Shown here piece by piece: positions 61,586-64,000 of a DNA stretch of 64,000 nt. The DNA lies in NCBI RefSeq assembly GCF_010501065.1, contig NZ_QVMM01000001.1, forward strand, positions 109,083-173,082, in the 5' to 3' direction. Both the position numbers and the translations under genes were made by a program. Source of the DNA: Dysgonomonas sp. 216 (GTDB lineage: Bacteria > Bacteroidota > Bacteroidia > Bacteroidales > Dysgonomonadaceae). The first letter of the stretch is position 1; every line of letters starts with the position of its first letter. The notes beneath the pieces are model-generated. The model did not search any database. It saw only the letters and a list, made by a program, of their open reading frames with translations, and had not been told where the DNA came from.

Positions 61586-62506
61586 ATGAAAGTATTAATA
61601 GCAACAGAAAAACCGTTTGCAAAAGAAGCGGTTGCAGGAATAAAAGAAGTACTTGACCAAGCTGGTTTTGAAACTGTATTGCTCGAAAAATATACCGACA
61701 AACAACAGCTGCTCGACGCTGTTGCAACTGCCGATGCTGCAATATTACGTAGCGACATTTTTGACAAAGAAGTACTCGATGCCGGAAAACAATTAAAAAT
61801 AGTTGTTCGTGCCGGTGCTGGTTACGACAACATAGATCTTGCTGCTGCTACAGCAAACAACATATGTGCAATGAATACTCCCGGACAAAACGCAAATGCT
61901 GTTGCCGAACTTGCATTCGGTTTAGCAGTTTATGCAATCCGTAACTTCTATAACGGAACATCGGGGACTGAACTTGCAGGCAAAAAACTCGGTATTCATG
62001 CTTATGGTAATGTAGGACGCAATGTTGCCCGCATAGCAAAAGGATTCAACATGGATGTTTATGCATTCGACCCATTCCTTTCGGCCGAAGCTATCGAAAA
62101 GGAAGGAGTAAAAGCTGTAGGATCGGTTGAAGAATTATATTCTACTTGCCAGTTTGTATCGGTAAATATACCGGCAACTGCCGAAACTAAAAACTCTATC
62201 AATTACGCATTGTTGAGCAAAATGCCTCAAAAAGCTGTTATTATAAACACTGCTCGCAAAGAGGTTATCAACGAAGCCGAAATGGTAAAAGTTTTAGCTG
62301 AACGCACCGACATGAAATATGTTACCGACATTATGCCCGGCAACCATGCTGAGATGGCTGAAAAATTTGAAGGAAGATATTTCTCTACTCCTAAAAAAAT
62401 GGGAGCTCAAACAGCCGAAGCCAATACCAACGCAGGTATAGCGGCAGCAAAACAAATTGTAGATTTCATTAAAAATGGAAACGACAGATTTAGAGTAAAC
62501 AAGTAA
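61586..62506 (+). CDS. serA: D-3-phosphoglycerate dehydrogenase (short form, no ACT domain) / D-2-hydroxyacid dehydrogenase
   Basis: A Rossmann fold with GIHAYGNVGRNVARIAKGF, and the catalytic region INTARKEVINEAEMVKVL; 306 aa. It is adjacent to serC. Confidence 0.8.
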   Translation: MKVLIATEKPFAKEAVAGIKEVLDQAGFETVLLEKYTDKQQLLDAVATADAAILRSDIFDKEVLDAGKQLKIVVRAGAGYDNIDLAAATANNICAMNTPGQNANAVAELAFGLAVYAIRNFYNGTSGTELAGKKLGIHAYGNVGRNVARIAKGFNMDVYAFDPFLSAEAIEKEGVKAVGSVEELYSTCQFVSVNIPATAETKNSINYALLSKMPQKAVIINTARKEVINEAEMVKVLAERTDMKYVTDIMPGNHAEMAEKFEGRYFSTPKKMGAQTAEANTNAGIAAAKQIVDFIKNGNDRFRVNK

Positions 62507-62532
62507 TTACTCCTGAATTTACAATAAAAAGT

Positions 62533-62561
62533 AGAGGCTGTCCCGTATTCGGACAGCCTCT
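62533..62561. terminator. bidirectional terminator between serA (+) and ppdK (-)
   Basis: An 11-bp stem AGAGGCTGTCC-CGTATTC-GGACAGCCTCT. On the minus strand it is followed by ACTTTTTATT, and on the plus strand by GCTCTTTC. Confidence 0.65.
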
Positions 62562-62581
62562 GCTCTTTCAATCTTAGCTCG

Positions 62582-64000
62582 TTAATTTTCGAACCTTATA
62601 GCGGCTTGCGCTGCTGCCAACCGTGCAATTGGAACGCGGTATGGCGAACAACTTACATAGTTGAGCCCGATAATGTGGCAGAACTCTATTGAAGATGGTT
62701 CACCACCATGTTCGCCACAAATACCAACACTAAGCGACGGACGGGTTAAACGCCCTTTACTAACAGCCATTTTAATCAGCTCGCCAACACCTTCCCTATC
62801 AATAACCTGAAATGGGTCGACCCCCAATATTCCACTATCGAGATAAATAGGAAGGAATTTACCAATATCGTCACGAGAGAACCCGTAGGTCATCTGGGTA
62901 AGGTCATTTGTTCCTACCGAGAAAAATTCGGCCGACTCGGCTATTTTATCGGCTGTAATAGCGGCACGCGGAACCTCTATCATCGAACCTATTTCATACT
63001 TTATCGTATCGCCCATTTCGGTAAACACCTTTTGAGCAGTACTTCTTATCACATTTTCCTGATACTTCATCTCCATAATGCTACTAGTAAGAGGTACCAT
63101 TATTTCGGGATGCGTATCAATACCTTCTTTTTTCAGCTTAATAGCAGCCTGAAGTATGGCACGCGTTTGCATTTCGGCTATTTCGGGATACGTATTTGCT
63201 AAACGGCATCCCCTATGCCCTAACATAGGATTCATTTCATGCAGAGCATTGATTTTTTGTTTGATACGGCTTTCGGATATATGCATAGCTTCTACCATTT
63301 CCTCGATGCCTTTAATATCGCGCGGCAAGAATTCGTGCAATGGAGGATCAAGCAGGCGAATAGTTACCGGAAGCCCGTTCATAACAGTAAATATGCCTTC
63401 AAAATCTTTTTGCTGCAATGGAAGAAGCTTTGCTAACGCTTTTTTACGTTCTTCGGTATTTTCGGCCAATATCATTTCGCGCATAGCAATAATTTTATCG
63501 CCTTCGAAAAACATATGCTCAGTACGACAAAGCCCTATACCAACAGCCCCAAAGTCGCGTGCAACTTTCGCATCGTGTGGCGTATCGGCATTTGCACGAA
63601 CATCAAGACGAGCATATTTATTGGTCAATTCCATCAAAGAGGCAAAATCTTTGCTCATTTCGGCAGGTTTAGTCTCTACCTGACCTTCGTACACCTCTCC
63701 TGTCGATCCGTTTAGTGATATCCAATCGCCTTCGCGATAAGTTTTTCCATTTGCAGTAACAGTGCGCATTTTATAATTAATACGCAGATCGGCAACACCC
63801 GACACACAACATTTACCCATACCACGGGCAACAACTGCTGCATGAGAGGTCATACCTCCCCGAGCGGTAAGTATACCTTCGGCAACAGCCATACCTTTTA
63901 AGTCTTCGGCCGATGTTTCGATTCTTACCAATATGAGTTTTCGACCTGCATGCTCTTTTACTATATGCTCGGCATCGTCGGCAAAAAATATAATTTGACC
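62582..64000 (-). CDS. ppdK: pyruvate, phosphate dikinase, C-terminal ~470 aa (N-terminus beyond window end)
   Basis: ...[44 protein letters not shown]... (His-domain TSH motif) and the PEP-utilizing C-terminal TIM barrel ...[10 protein letters not shown]...[11 protein letters not shown]. The reading frame is open upstream of the track's first M through to position 64000. Confidence 0.9.
   Translation of the reverse strand, partial: GQIIFFADDAEHIVKEHAGRKLILVRIETSAEDLKGMAVAEGILTARGGMTSHAAVVARGMGKCCVSGVADLRINYKMRTVTANGKTYREGDWISLNGSTGEVYEGQVETKPAEMSKDFASLMELTNKYARLDVRANADTPHDAKVARDFGAVGIGLCRTEHMFFEGDKIIAMREMILAENTEERKKALAKLLPLQQKDFEGIFTVMNGLPVTIRLLDPPLHEFLPRDIKGIEEMVEAMHISESRIKQKINALHEMNPMLGHRGCRLANTYPEIAEMQTRAILQAAIKLKKEGIDTHPEIMVPLTSSIMEMKYQENVIRSTAQKVFTEMGDTIKYEIGSMIEVPRAAITADKIAESAEFFSVGTNDLTQMTYGFSRDDIGKFLPIYLDSGILGVDPFQVIDREGVGELIKMAVSKGRLTRPSLSVGICGEHGGEPSSIEFCHIIGLNYVSCSPYRVPIARLAAAQAAIRFEN

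Overview
This window looks like a conserved chromosomal core region of a Bacteroidetes (Bacteroidales-like) genome, read from six-frame translations and visible motifs. I found no CRISPR array, transposon or obvious defence or phage island.

Layout, start to end:
- partial tuf, then a tRNA cluster (Thr-GGT, Gly-TCC, Thr-TGT), then hpf, a xerC-like tyrosine recombinase and rpsU, all on the minus strand;
- a plus-strand block of housekeeping genes (panB, topB, trmB, mrp/apbC, rnhB, purB, rluB-like, asnS);
- a minus-strand block (malQ, yejM-like, a DNA glycosylase, a 1079-aa UvrD-like helicase with a C-terminal nuclease domain, yciH, a tlpA-like gene), then uvrA and a yqiJ/flotillin pair on plus;
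- gamma-carbonic-anhydrase-like, pepP and bactofilin genes on minus, then folB and a spoU-family methyltransferase on plus;
- the complete str-S10-spc-alpha ribosomal superoperon on the minus strand, running from rpsL at 54999 down to rplQ at 36852;
- an M20 amidohydrolase, then engB followed by two tandem EptA-like phosphoethanolamine-transferase paralogs, then serC, serA and a partial ppdK.

The candidates for something previously undescribed:
1. A signal-peptide protein (3663..5048) with an extreme Trp/Tyr/His-rich block followed by RG- and Ser-rich tandem repeats, sitting directly upstream of a FadL/PorV-like outer-membrane barrel.
2. A five-copy intergenic motif family built on TGTCAGGTTTT.
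3. The divergent tandem EptA-like pair fused by an ATGA overlap to engB.
4. A roughly 150-aa RG/N/S-rich N-terminal extension on an RluB-type pseudouridine synthase.
5. A 124-bp structured spacer inside the alpha operon between rpsK and rpsD.

Coordinates I derived by hand (tRNAs, hairpins, corrected starts) may be off by 1-2 nt. The ORF track evidently labels TTG/GTG starts as M; where an internal ATG is more plausible I moved the start and say so in the evidence.
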